In this document: one piece after another, positions 1 to 9,967 of the stretch | How positions within the stretch are numbered: position 1 is the first letter of the stretch | How the letters are laid out: each line of letters opens with the position of its first letter | Assembly: GCA_965197725.1 (NCBI GenBank) | Contig: CBDANQ010000031.1 | Span: 1 to 61,827 of the forward strand | Source of the DNA: Longimicrobiales bacterium | GTDB lineage: Bacteria; Gemmatimonadota; Gemmatimonadetes; Longimicrobiales; Gaopeijiaceae | Direction: 5' to 3' | DNA length: 61,827 nt | The notes under the pieces: model-generated | Databases searched by the model: none | Seen by the model: the letters and a program-made list of their open reading frames with translations, nothing else | What the model was told of the DNA's origin: nothing | Position numbers and translations under genes: made by a program

Positions 1-405
1 CCCCCCAACCGCCGCGCACACCCCGAGCGTCGAACGGTCGAATGGAGGTTCGCATGGAGTCCCTGGGCGGAGGTGTGAGTCACGGTCCGGACACTCTGGT
101 ATGACGTCCGGTACACCAAGAATCGCACGCTTGGTCCTGCTCGCTCGTTGGGCGCAACTGCGCTCGAGGCTTGACGAACGAAAAGTAGGCCATGGGCGCT
201 CAGGTCATCGCTCTGCTATGGTCGTGATCACGACAGCCACCGGGCTTTCAAGGGGCGTGGCAACACGGTGGTGTGCTTCAACGGGGAGCAGGCTAGGCAC
301 TGGCGAACCTTGCCTTGTCTCACGATCCTACATGGCGTATGATGCGGACGTTAGCTCAGTCCCGTCACATCAGCGTGCCGGCACTGCCGGTCTAGGAGGA
401 TCTCA

Positions 406-1551
406 ATGTCACTGACGCGTCGCGGGTTCGCTCGCACAGTCGGTCTGGGTACGGCCGGCCTGCTGTCCAGCTCGTTCATCATCGGCCGTGGCCGGGAGGC
501 GGCGGCGTTCGAGCCCGAGTGGGCGGAAGATCCCTTCGATGATCCCATCATCAAGCTCAGCTCGAATGAGAACGCCCGGGGGCCGGGCCCGAGCACGTTG
601 AAGGCGCTCCATTCGGCGATCTCGGCGAGGGCGGGATACGGATACCCGCCCGACCACACCGGCGATCTAGTAACGGCGATCGCCGGGATTGACGGCGTCG
701 AGGAAAACAACGTCGCAGTGGGTACGGGCTCGGGTGACCTCCTCAGGGGGGCGGTCCGCGCCTTCTGTTCGGCGACCAAGCCGCTGGTCCAGGGGTCGCC
801 GACGTTCGGCTACTGCGAACGGACGGCCAGACGGATCGGCGTGCCGGTCAAGAAGCTCCCCGTCGACAGCTCGTTGGGTCTGGATCTCCAGGCGATGGCG
901 GAGGCCGCCACCGGGGCGGGCTTGGTGTTCCTCTGCAATCCTAACAATCCGACGACAACGGCGCACACGGCAACCGCGGTAGAGACATTTGTCCGACGGG
1001 TGATGCGCAACTCACCCGCCACGAAGATCCTGATCGACGAGGCCTACATGGAGTATACCTTCAGCGCGGACGTAAAGACCGCGGCACCGTTGACGCAGGA
1101 GTTTCCGAGCGTGTTCATCACTCGCACCTTGTCGAAGGCGCATGGCATGGCGGGTCTGCGTGTCGGTTACGGAATCGGGCACGAAGAAACTCTCGATGCC
1201 ATCAGGAGTGCGTGGAATCTAGGCAGCATGAACACGCTGTCCGCCGCTGCCGCGATCGCGTCGATCAAGGACCGGGAGCATATGGCCGAGGAGCGGGAAG
1301 AGAACGCCAGGGTTCGCGAGTTCACGGTCTCTGCGTTCCGTGACCTGGGCTTCGAGGCGCCCGCCTCCCATACCAACTGCCTCTTCGTCGACCTCGGGCG
1401 TCCGGCGAGTGGGTTCCGGGAGGCGTGTCTGGCACAGAGTGTGCGCGTGGGTCGGGACTTCCCGCCCATGGAAAAGACGCACTGTCGGATCTCTCTAGGG
1501 ACAATGGCGGAGATGGAGAAGGCCGTCAGCGTCTTCCGTAGCGTGTTGTAG
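406..1551 (+). CDS. PLP-dependent class I/II aminotransferase (histidinol-phosphate aminotransferase-like) with Tat signal peptide
   Basis: LSSNEN, CNPNNPT, IDEAY and TLSKAHGMAGLRVG (PLP lysine) motifs; N-terminal TRRGF twin-arginine motif plus hydrophobic stretch; AGGAGG upstream of the ATG. Confidence 0.85.
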   Translation: MSLTRRGFARTVGLGTAGLLSSSFIIGRGREAAAFEPEWAEDPFDDPIIKLSSNENARGPGPSTLKALHSAISARAGYGYPPDHTGDLVTAIAGIDGVEENNVAVGTGSGDLLRGAVRAFCSATKPLVQGSPTFGYCERTARRIGVPVKKLPVDSSLGLDLQAMAEAATGAGLVFLCNPNNPTTTAHTATAVETFVRRVMRNSPATKILIDEAYMEYTFSADVKTAAPLTQEFPSVFITRTLSKAHGMAGLRVGYGIGHEETLDAIRSAWNLGSMNTLSAAAAIASIKDREHMAEEREENARVREFTVSAFRDLGFEAPASHTNCLFVDLGRPASGFREACLAQSVRVGRDFPPMEKTHCRISLGTMAEMEKAVSVFRSVL

Positions 1552-1593
1552 CGTGTTGGGTTGAGGGAGGTGACATGATGCCACGGAACCGCG

Positions 1594-1885
1594 GAGTCAA
1601 TCCCAAAGCTAGTTGAAACTGTCGTGACCTCTCGCTCTCAAGCGGCGGCGTGAACGGCGCTATCAGGGTGAGTGATCGGAGTTCCTTCTGAATCGCGGTA
1701 CGGAGCGACGGTAGGTGGCGGTAGCCGCTCAGTCTCCTGAGCCGAGGCTCCGATGTCGAGGAGTGCCGCGGCAAGCCATCGCTGCTTCTGGTTCGAGGTC
1801 CTCCAGTGATCCACGCGACCGCAGCGCCGCTCGGCCTGGGCGTTCACGGACTCGAGCGCATTGGTGGTCTTGAGGGATCGGCCCA
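1594..1885 (-). mobile_element. IS256-family transposase 3' remnant (frameshifted) with probable terminal repeat
   Basis: Minus strand reads GRSLKTTNALESVNAQAERRCGRVDHWRTSNQKQRWLAAALLDI, then after a frameshift EPRLRRLSGYRHLPSLRTAIQKEL, typical of IS256 C-termini. It ends in TTTCAACTAGCTTTGGGATTGACTC; the 5' part is missing. Confidence 0.75.
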
Positions 1886-1891
1886 CTAGCG

Positions 1892-3070
1892 TCAGGCTAC
1901 CCCGATCGTCGTCCGGTGGAAGAGTGCGTTGTTCTCCCAGCGAGTCCGCTTCATGTCCAGGTGCTCCGGCTGAGTGCGTCCCGCGGTATCCGTGGCCCGC
2001 GACACCAGCGTATGCTCTCCGGCTGGCAACTCCGGAATCTCGAGCGTGAAGAACGTCCAGCTGTGGGGATCGCTCGGCCCGTCTAGCTCGGCCGTGCTCC
2101 AGGCGCCGTCGCCTACCCGCACTTCGACCCGATCCAGCGGAGTGCCGTCGCTCCAGGCGGCGCCGAAGATCGTGAATCGGCTCCCGCTCCGAGTCACGCG
2201 GGCGATCGCGGATTTGGGTCGCTGGCGCGTGACCGAGGTCTCGACCCACTCCGTCCGCCCGTCCACCTCGCGCCCCATGAGCGTGACGTAGTCCTTGGCC
2301 ATGAAGCGGGTCATCAAGCGGTCTGCACTCAAGTCGATCTTGTTCAACCACTTGACCTGACAGACCCCGTACCAGCCGGGGACGATCAGCCGCACGGGGA
2401 AGCCATGAACCACCATCAGAGGCTCCCCATTCATCTCGTATGCGAGAATCGGGTTCGTCTCCCTGATCTGACCCAACGACATCGACCGCGCGAAATTCTG
2501 CTCGTACTCGTTGCCCCGGATTTCCTCCGTACCCGTGTCCGCCCCCCAGAAATGAACCTCTCTCGTGTCCTCCAGCAGCCCCGCCTCTTCCAGGAGCGGC
2601 AAGAGCTCGGTGCCCGTCCAGGTGGCATTGCCCACCATTCCGTGGAACAGCCGGGCCGAGTTTCCGCTGCACTCGAAGACTGTCGTGCGTTCCACGCGGG
2701 GTCGGGACTTGAGCTGATCGAGCGTAAGCGTCAGGGGCCGCTGCACGAGCCCCCTCAATGCGAGCCGATACGTCGAGGCGTTCAACTCGGGGTAGCCGTA
2801 ATGCGCCACCTTGAAGAAATCGTCGACCGGTGTCGTCCACGACGTCAGGTTGCGTAGATCCTGCGCGACGCGCAGCCCGGATTCGCGGAGGCCTGTGAAC
2901 GTATCGGGAACGTCCGTGAACGGGACGATCGCTTCCTGCGTGAACCATGACGCCGGCCAACCGTGTACCGGCGTTACCGCCAGGCCGACTGTGACGATAC
3001 CCAGTTGGCTCAGAACTTCTCGGCGAGTCATGAAACCATCGAGTCTGGCACACGAGCTGCGTTCTTTCAT
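1892..3070 (-). CDS. Sulfite oxidase family molybdopterin-dependent oxidoreductase, Tat-exported
   Basis: ECSGN Mo-ligand Cys, LAYEMNGEPL, HGFPVRLIVPGWYG..VKWL, C-terminal SRATD dimerisation domain; MTRREVL Tat motif; start at 3070 or 3031. Confidence 0.88.
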   Translation of the reverse strand: MKERSSCARLDGFMTRREVLSQLGIVTVGLAVTPVHGWPASWFTQEAIVPFTDVPDTFTGLRESGLRVAQDLRNLTSWTTPVDDFFKVAHYGYPELNASTYRLALRGLVQRPLTLTLDQLKSRPRVERTTVFECSGNSARLFHGMVGNATWTGTELLPLLEEAGLLEDTREVHFWGADTGTEEIRGNEYEQNFARSMSLGQIRETNPILAYEMNGEPLMVVHGFPVRLIVPGWYGVCQVKWLNKIDLSADRLMTRFMAKDYVTLMGREVDGRTEWVETSVTRQRPKSAIARVTRSGSRFTIFGAAWSDGTPLDRVEVRVGDGAWSTAELDGPSDPHSWTFFTLEIPELPAGEHTLVSRATDTAGRTQPEHLDMKRTRWENNALFHRTTIGVA

Positions 3071-3218
3071 CGGAGTCCCCGCGGATAGAGGGAAGGTGGG
3101 CTGGGTAGGATGGGGAGTTGTTCCAAGCCAACGCAAGGGTAGCCAGGGCGGGCTGATCCTAATCTGTTGTTTCACCTACTGGATCTGCTGCCGCCGGAGG
3201 CGGTGCCCAACGGGTTGA

Positions 3219-4604
3219 TCAGGGGTCGCTGGGGGGTCCTTCGGAGAGTACATCCGCCAGAATCGCACCCACCTCCGACGCCTCTCCAGCGCTCAGAACC
3301 AGCGGGGGAAGAAGGCGAAGCACACTCTTTCCCGCGCTGAGCACCAGAACACCACGCTCCTGGAGCGCGCGCACGTAGGGCCGAACCGGCTTTTTCAGCT
3401 GAATGCCGATCATCAGTCCGACCTGTCGGATCTCTCGCACGATCCCTGGCTCTCGTTCCCGTGTGGGCTGGCAGATGAGGTCGCCGATTCCCTCGACTCG
3501 GTCGATCAGGTCGGAATCCAGTAGCACGTCGAGCGTCGCCCGCGCCACTGCGCATGCGATGGGATTCCCGCCGAAGGTCGACCCGTGGGTTCCGAGCTCC
3601 AGATCGATGCCACTGCGAACTACGGTGGCTCCGAGCGGAAGACCACCGGCGATGCTCTTGGCGAGGCACAGAACGTCGGGCACGACACCGGAGTGTTCGA
3701 ACGCGAAGAGACGTCCCGTGCGACCGAAACCGGTCTGAATCTCGTCGAAGACGAGGAGCGCACCCGTCTCGTCGCACGCCGCGCGTGCGGCGTGCAGAAA
3801 TTCGGGATCCGCTCCGTGCACACCGCCTTCACCCTGGACCGGCTCGAGCACAACGGCTGCGACCCCGGAATCGACCGCCTCCTCCAGTGCGCGGGGCTTG
3901 TTGAGAGGGACGTGACGGACCGAGCCGAGCAGCGGCTCGAACGGCTCGCGGTATCTCGCCTCCGCGGTGATGGAAAGCGCCCCCATCGTTCTGCCGTGAA
4001 ATCCGCGCACGGCGGCCACGAAGTCCGTCCGTCCGGTGTGAGCGCGCGCGATCTTGAGAGCTGCTTCCATGGCCTCCGCGCCGGAGTTCGACAGAAATGT
4101 TCGATCGAGCTCGGGAGGCAGAACCTCGTGCAGTCGTTCCAGAAAACGTGTCCGCGGGGGGCTCCCGAACGGTCCTGGCACGATCCACACGTGTTTGGCT
4201 TGCTCGACGAGCGCCGCCTGCAAAACAGGGTGACGATGCCCGAGCGCCAAGGCCCCGTACCCCCCGATACAGTCGATGTACTCGTTTCCGTCGGCATCCC
4301 GCACACGGGATCCCTGTCCCGAGACGAGCGTGAGGCCGCGTTTGCCGTACACGTCGAGTTCGTGGCGGCTCTGCAGGGTGAGCCACGCCTCCGACTCGCT
4401 GGTGGGCGCGTCGGCCGACCCCACAGCTGCTTCGGCGGCCTTGCGCACCACCAAAGTGCCCGCGCCGGCCAGCGCTCGCGTGACGGGCCGCTCGATGCGC
4501 CCGTCGCTGAGGCGGAAAAGCGGACCCCGAGCGCCCGTCCGATCGAACAGCCTTCCGACGGCGCCCGCGCAAACTGGGCATTCCGTCACAACGGCAACGC
4601 TCAT
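3219..4604 (-). CDS. lysJ: Class III aminotransferase (LysJ/ArgD-like) with chimeric N-terminus (LysW-like start plus LysZ-like C-terminal segment)
   Basis: NSGAEAMEAALK, GFHGRTMG, EPVQGEGG, DEIQTGFGRTG, LAKSIAGG, HGSTFGGNP; N-terminus MSVAVVTECPVCAG and LSDGRIERPVTRALAGAGTLVVR; purine-rich SD before ATG 4604. Confidence 0.75.
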   Translation of the reverse strand: MSVAVVTECPVCAGAVGRLFDRTGARGPLFRLSDGRIERPVTRALAGAGTLVVRKAAEAAVGSADAPTSESEAWLTLQSRHELDVYGKRGLTLVSGQGSRVRDADGNEYIDCIGGYGALALGHRHPVLQAALVEQAKHVWIVPGPFGSPPRTRFLERLHEVLPPELDRTFLSNSGAEAMEAALKIARAHTGRTDFVAAVRGFHGRTMGALSITAEARYREPFEPLLGSVRHVPLNKPRALEEAVDSGVAAVVLEPVQGEGGVHGADPEFLHAARAACDETGALLVFDEIQTGFGRTGRLFAFEHSGVVPDVLCLAKSIAGGLPLGATVVRSGIDLELGTHGSTFGGNPIACAVARATLDVLLDSDLIDRVEGIGDLICQPTREREPGIVREIRQVGLMIGIQLKKPVRPYVRALQERGVLVLSAGKSVLRLLPPLVLSAGEASEVGAILADVLSEGPPSDP

Positions 4605-4690
4605 CTCCCCTTCTCCTGACACTGTTCATTGAGAAGATGAAGTATGGACGCAGTTCATCGAAGAGCGAAGGAATCAGCGGAAAATCGCCA

Positions 4691-4719
4691 TTGCTAACGT
4701 GTTCTGTTTGTTTTATAAC
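4691..4719 (+). promoter_or_regulatory. Sigma70-type promoter, probably giving a leaderless mRNA
   Basis: TTGCTA (4691-4696), 17 bp spacer, TATAAC (4714-4719); ATG at 4725 with no SD. Confidence 0.6.
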
Positions 4720-4724
4720 AAGCC

Positions 4725-5366
4725 ATGATCAAAGTCGCCGATGCGGTTCGCGAGATCGTGGACAATGATGCCGCCCTGAAGACCGGTCTCGCGCAGCAGC
4801 TCATGAACCTGAGCCAGGTTGCGAGGCACATCCACTCCACGGTCGAGGCGCGTACCCACAAGGACGTGCGGCTCAGCGCGATCACGATGGCGCTCTCGCG
4901 ACTGAGGGCAGAGTTGCCCCGCTTCGAAGTGAAGCCGGACCTCGGGCTTGCGGATCGCATCACGGTGCAGCGGGGGCTTGCCGTGTTGACGTTCCCCAAC
5001 ACAGCCCGCGTGCACTCCGGGCTATTGAGACTCCAGGAGAGGATCCGTGAGGCGCGACGCTACCTGACCATCACCGAGGGCATCAGGGAGATCACGCTGA
5101 TCATCGAGCAGGCGATGCTCGAGGTGGTTCATGAGGCTGTCGGGGAGCGCCCCGCACGCATCGCCCAGGGGATCGCGAGCCTGTCGGTTTCCCTGAGTGA
5201 GGACAACCTTCCCGCTCCCGGCGTGCTCTACCGGCTCCTCCAGGCCCTCGCTCTCCAGGGCGTGAATCTAGCGGAAGTCGCCTCCACCACGACCGAGTTC
5301 CACCTATACCTCGCCGAATCCGACGTGATGCTCGCGCTCGATTCGCTGTATGGAGCGTTTCGGTGA
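4725..5366 (+). CDS. Putative amino-acid-responsive regulator with N-terminal helical domain and C-terminal ACT-like domain
   Basis: N-terminal LMNLSQVARHI...SAITMALSRL; C-terminal PGVLYRLLQALALQGVNLAEVASTTTEF resembling aspartokinase ACT domains; divergent from the lysJ-like gene. Confidence 0.6.
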   Translation: MIKVADAVREIVDNDAALKTGLAQQLMNLSQVARHIHSTVEARTHKDVRLSAITMALSRLRAELPRFEVKPDLGLADRITVQRGLAVLTFPNTARVHSGLLRLQERIREARRYLTITEGIREITLIIEQAMLEVVHEAVGERPARIAQGIASLSVSLSEDNLPAPGVLYRLLQALALQGVNLAEVASTTTEFHLYLAESDVMLALDSLYGAFR

Positions 5367-5442
5367 AGTGTGCCTTGGCGGTGCAGCGATCCGGCGCTCA
5401 TTGTCGCCCGTGCCACGAGTTCGGAGACACGGTCACTACACG

Positions 5443-6685
5443 CTAGTTGCTGGCCGCGACGGCCCCCATCGCATCGAGCACCGCATGGACGACGTCAGCG
5501 AACGCGCGCCCGCGAATCCAGCGTGCGACGATGACGAGCTCGTTCGCGGGATCGACGTAGATGAGGTTGGAGCCGGCGCCGGTATGCGTCCATGTGTACT
5601 CCGGTGCGTTCGCATAGCGACGCTGGTCGGTGTTGAGCGAGAAGTTCATGAAGCCGTACGTGCGGTTCACTTCGCCGGGCGTGGTGGCCATGTCGATCCA
5701 CTCTTCCGAGATCAGCTGCTTCCCGTTCCAGTTCCCCTTGTGCATGGTCAGCAGACCGAAACGCGCCTGATCGAAGCCGCTGATGAGCATGCCGCCGCCC
5801 CAATGGGCGCCCCCGCTCACCGCCTGGACCCTGCGGCCGTCCAGGGTGATCCAGGAGTTGTCGTACCCGTGCCAGCGCCAGGTCGGTGACGCGCCTATCG
5901 GATCGATGACGTTCTCGCGCAAAACCTCCGGGAGCGACCGCCGCCAAACGCTCGTCGCGACCAGCGCGAGAAGGTTCACCCGGGTGTCGTTGTACTCGTA
6001 AACCGTGCCAGGCTCGAAGCCGGGCCCGCGTCCCCCAGGTCGATCGATCGTCGTCGGGGCGATCGGCCCATTCGGGTTTGCCCCACAGCGTGCCTTCCCA
6101 GTCACTGGTCTGACGCAGCATGTCGTCCCACGTGATCTTCCGGTTGTGCTCGGACTCGAACAGCAGCTTGGGCCTACGCCCGGCCTCGTCCCCCGGCTCC
6201 CCGTCTCCGCTTTCGAGCACGATCGGTGCGACATACGGCCGGACGAGGTCGTGCACGTCCGCGATCAGGCCGCGGTCGTAGGCCAACCCGACCGTCGTGG
6301 ACAGAAAGCTCTTCGACACGCTGAATGTGTTGTCGACCTTCTGCGGGTCACCCCACTCGGCGATGATGTAGCCCTTGTGCACGATCAGCCCGGTCTGAGG
6401 CGCTCGGACCGTAAACGGGCCCACCGCCTCTCCGCGCGGCTCGCGCCCGAAGGTCATCTCGTGGTTGAAAGCCAGATCTCTGGGCGAGGTCGATTCGCCC
6501 GCGATCGCGATCTCGATCGCCCGCTGGATCGCATCAGCATCGAATCCGGCTTCCTGAGGACTCTTACGCTCCCAGTCGAGATTCTTGCCCGGCCAGTACG
6601 TCTGGGCGGATGCGAGCTCCGTCGCGAGTAGTAGCGCGATGAGCGCAAGCAGCGCTCGCAGTTGCGTCGACGGATGCCGAGACAT
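5443..6685 (-). pseudogene. Secreted serine hydrolase (beta-lactamase class C-like), split by one frameshift near 6020
   Basis: ORF 5495..6685 has the signal peptide and FSVSKS (SxxK); ORF 5443..6234 continues with EPGTVYEYND, GGHWGGG-like and HTGAG motifs. Confidence 0.8.
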
Positions 6686-6890
6686 GGGAACCTCCGAGGT
6701 TGCCTTGGAACGAGCTGCGGCTGTGTGGACCTGTCTTTCCGAAGCTTAGAGGGCGTCGGCGATGTGCGCCATGCGATTGGCCCTCGCGGAGCGCCTCCGC
6801 GCGATTTTCAGGAACTCCGGCGGATCACGAGGGACTTACTAGATTGCAACGAGACCAGAAAGTACAGCCCCAGACGTAGCGAGCCGATCT

Positions 6891-7886
6891 GTGACGCCGT
6901 CCCTCCTTTTCATTCCCGATATCACGGGCTTCACGAAGTTCGTGAACAACACCGAGGTCGCGCACGGCCAGCACATCGTGGCGGAGCTGCTCGAGCTGAT
7001 CATCGATTCCGATCGGCTGGGAATGACGGTCTCCGAGGTGGAGGGGGGACGCAGTGCTCTTCATCCGTCATCCGGCGAGCTCCTTCGAGGCGGTGCTCGA
7101 ACAGGCGCGCGTGACTTTCGAGGCCTTCCACCGCCACCTCAAGAGGTACGAGACCCAGCGCATCTGCGAGTGCGGGGCATGCCGGACGGCGCACGGGCTC
7201 TCGCTGAAGATGATCGCGCACGCAGGGCCCATCGAGATCGTCGCGGTCCATGGTTTCCAGAAGCCCTACGGGTCGGACGTGATCCTCGCGCATCTCCTCC
7301 TGAAGAACGACGTGCCGGAGTCGGAATATGTCCTCATCACCGGGGCGGTCGCCGATACCCGTGAGGGAGCGGGGACCACGTTGGACTCGGCGCGGCTGCC
7401 CGAGTGGGCCGAAGTGATCGACGGGGCCACCGAGTACGACGACTTTGGGACCGTCCGGTACCGCTAGGTGCCGCTTGAGCCGCTCCGGGCCTCGATTCCT
7501 GACCCGCCTCCGCGCCCGGTCTTCGAGAAGACCGACAACCCGATCGCCACAGAGCTCGTGATCGACCGGCCCGTCTCCGAGGTGTACGAGCTGGTCACCA
7601 ACTTCGAAGTGCGGCTCCTGTGGAACCACGACGCGGAAGAGCTAACCTACGAGGAGGACCGCGTGAATCGCGTAGGAACGAGACACCACTGCCTGGTCCA
7701 CGGCACCTTGCTCGAGTTCGAGACGATCACCGACGACTTCGGGAAAGACCGGCTCGTCTACGGCGAGCGCGTGCTCGACAGCCCGCTCGTCGACGACGTC
7801 GCCTCCTCCGGTCGATCAAGGAGGTCGCCGAGCAGCAGCCTGAACAGGCAGGCGCCGGAGGTGCCCCCGAGCTCGTGAGCGTCTAG
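6891..7886 (+). pseudogene. DUF2652-like (class III cyclase-like fold) plus SRPBCC-like domain protein, multiply disrupted
   Basis: LFIPDITGFTKFV, EVEG(D), CECGAC, LKMIAHAG, GSDVILAHLLLKN; frameshift in a G-run near 7045, in-frame TAG at 7465-7467, apparent deletion/frameshift near 7800. Confidence 0.72.
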
Positions 7887-7960
7887 ACGGTCGATCCAAA
7901 GCGGAGCGCGCTTGCGCGGGTGCGCGCGTCAATGTCCGCGTGAGCTATCACGGCTCCGGT

Positions 7961-8569
7961 TTATCGATTGCCTTTGTCCTCGAAATGAACAAAGTCGATC
8001 AGAAAGACGGCGCCCGCGCGCCAGCGTCTTCCACTCGACTGGGGCCATTCGGACGGAAACGTCACGCCAAAGTTGTCTGCGTCGGTGAAGCCTTCCTTCA
8101 GCAAGCCGCTCCACTTTTTCTGAATCATCCCTCGTTTCCTTTCCCTTTTCGTGGATCTCGAAGGTCCACGGGTGAAGGAGGGGACCGAACAGATCAAAGA
8201 GCTTGTCGCCGTTGGTGGAGCGCACCGAGTAAAGGCGCCGAAGAACCGAAAAGTGCCTCTCCAGGCTTCCCGACCAGCTTGCCGGAGCCGTCGAAGATTC
8301 CCGCAGTGTGGAAGTAGGAATCGGAACGGACGCTCGATTCGCAGCAGTGTCTCGCCACCTCTATCCAAGACGTCGATGGCAAAGGGCCTGTAGGCTTTCA
8401 GAAAGAGGCGGGCCAGGACGGACCCTGGTTCTTCGACAGCGTAGAACAATTCGTTTCCGCGCTCGTCGGAAACCACGTACCGGTTGGTGCCTTCGAAACC
8501 GGTCAGGATTTCTCCCCACTCCTTCTTTTGACCTACCGCGAGGCCGCCTTTCGACTCCAGCCTTTTCAT
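7961..8569 (-). pseudogene. Phospholipid scramblase family protein, frameshifted
   Basis: QKKEWGEILTGFEGTNRY, RPFAIDV, IERPFRF and IQKKWSGLLKEGFTDADNFGVTFP..GAVFLIDFVHFE; the middle section (YFHTAGIFDGSGKLVG, LFGPLLHPWTFEI) lies in other frames. Confidence 0.72.
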
Positions 8570-8585
8570 ATCGTCCGCCGCCGTC

Positions 8586-9213
8586 TCAATCCACCTCGAA
8601 TGCGATCGACTTGTGGGTCCCGTCACAGAACGGCTTGTTCGCCGACCCGCCGCACCGACAAGGAGCACCGGAGACGCCGTCCGCGCTCGTCCCCGCGGCG
8701 CCGAGAATCTCGACGGGACCCCGTACGAGGATCGGTCCGTGCGGAGCGGGCGAGACCTCCAATGAATCCGGCTCACCGCCCGCCTGCGGCCTGAGACGAC
8801 TGTCCACGATCGTACCGGCGTCCGTGAACCCTGCCTCGAGGTGCGAGTCGTCGCAGAACGGCTTGTCTTTCGAGTGTCCACAGCGACAGAGAGCCGCCCG
8901 CGTCTCGTCGAGTGATTCGCAGGTGGCCCGCGACGTAGAGCGGGCCGTCGGCCTCGATGCGCACTGTATTCGACGTCGGCGACTGCTCCTCTTTCCCGTC
9001 TCGCCGCCGGTAGTGCAGCGCGCCGGTAGGACAGTGCTCGATCGTCCTGACGAGATCCGCCGTCACCGCCCGACTCGGGTCGATCCAGGGCCGACGGCCC
9101 GGCTCGAACGCGTCGGACAGACCATGCAGGCACTCCTCCGCGTGGATGCAGCGCTTGACGTCGTATGCGACGACCAACTCTTCGGATTCGTACGAGCGGA
9201 CCGTTCGCGTCAC
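8586..9213 (-). pseudogene. Divergent 4Fe-4S (Fer4_19-like) plus two CDGSH iron-sulfur domains, frameshifted near 8915
   Basis: RCIHAEEC...RRPWID...CPTGAL, then in another frame ALCRCGHSKDKPFCDDSH and CRCGGSANKPFCDGTH. Confidence 0.78.
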
Positions 9214-9540
9214 GTGAGGGCCCTCTTCAGGCAGGATGCCGTCCATAGTTCGCCAAAGCTAGAAAACGCGTCAAGTCGATCCTTCCCGAACATCGTCGTC
9301 CACGCAATAAGGCGAATGTCGCTGCTCGCGCTGAAGGGGCTGCCGTCTCCCCACTTCGTTGCTCCGGCACACGGTCCGCGCGTAGTCTTCTCGTCGCTGC
9401 CGCCCACCACGGGGTGATTCCCACTCCGAGGGACCTTGGAGGACGCTGAACATGACGAGCCGCATCCCGATCTTGCGACGAGACAGGCCTCATCGCGTTG
9501 GCGCTCAGGTAGACCAGCGGAAACGAGCCCACAAGGCACG

Positions 9541-9867
9541 ATGACAGACCCTGACGCGATTCGACCGGAATCGAAAGCCGTCTTCGACTCCGAGAAGATG
9601 GGCAAGAGCACGATCTTCAGGTCGGAGCGTGTGCTCGTCGGGTTGAACGCCTTCGAGCCCGGTCAGGAACATCGGCTCCACGCCCACGAGGGGATGGACA
9701 AGATCTATCACGTGCTCGAGGGGCGGGGACTCTTCCTGCTCGAGGACCGGGAGGTCGAGATGGAGGCCGGCGTGATGCTCGTCGCCCCCGACGGCGTCCC
9801 GCACGGCATCCGAAACACGAGCGACGATCGCTTGCTCGTGCTCGCGATCCTGGCCCCGGCGCCCTGA
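9541..9867 (+). CDS. Cupin domain protein
   Basis: FEPGQEHRLHAH..DKIYHVLEGRG and PDGVPHGIRN cupin motifs. Confidence 0.85.
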   Translation: MTDPDAIRPESKAVFDSEKMGKSTIFRSERVLVGLNAFEPGQEHRLHAHEGMDKIYHVLEGRGLFLLEDREVEMEAGVMLVAPDGVPHGIRNTSDDRLLVLAILAPAP

Positions 9868-9967
9868 CGCCGGTTCAGTCGCGGGTCGGCCAGACCACGC
9901 CCTGATCTCGTTCGGTGACCGTCCCCAAGCCCATGAGCACGAACTTCTGCGTTCCGGTGGGACAGCC

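Noticed and set aside
1..415. ORF 101..415 and a possible minus-strand start at 55
   Set aside because: No recognisable motifs; the minus-strand start has only 18 codons in the window
1638..3131. 497 aa ORF as a full transposase
   Set aside because: Most of it is an alternative frame of the sulfite oxidase gene; only a short C-terminal stretch is IS256-derived
7465..7467. In-frame TAG as pyrrolysine or readthrough
   Set aside because: The gene has other lesions and no pyl genes are visible; a nonsense mutation is simpler
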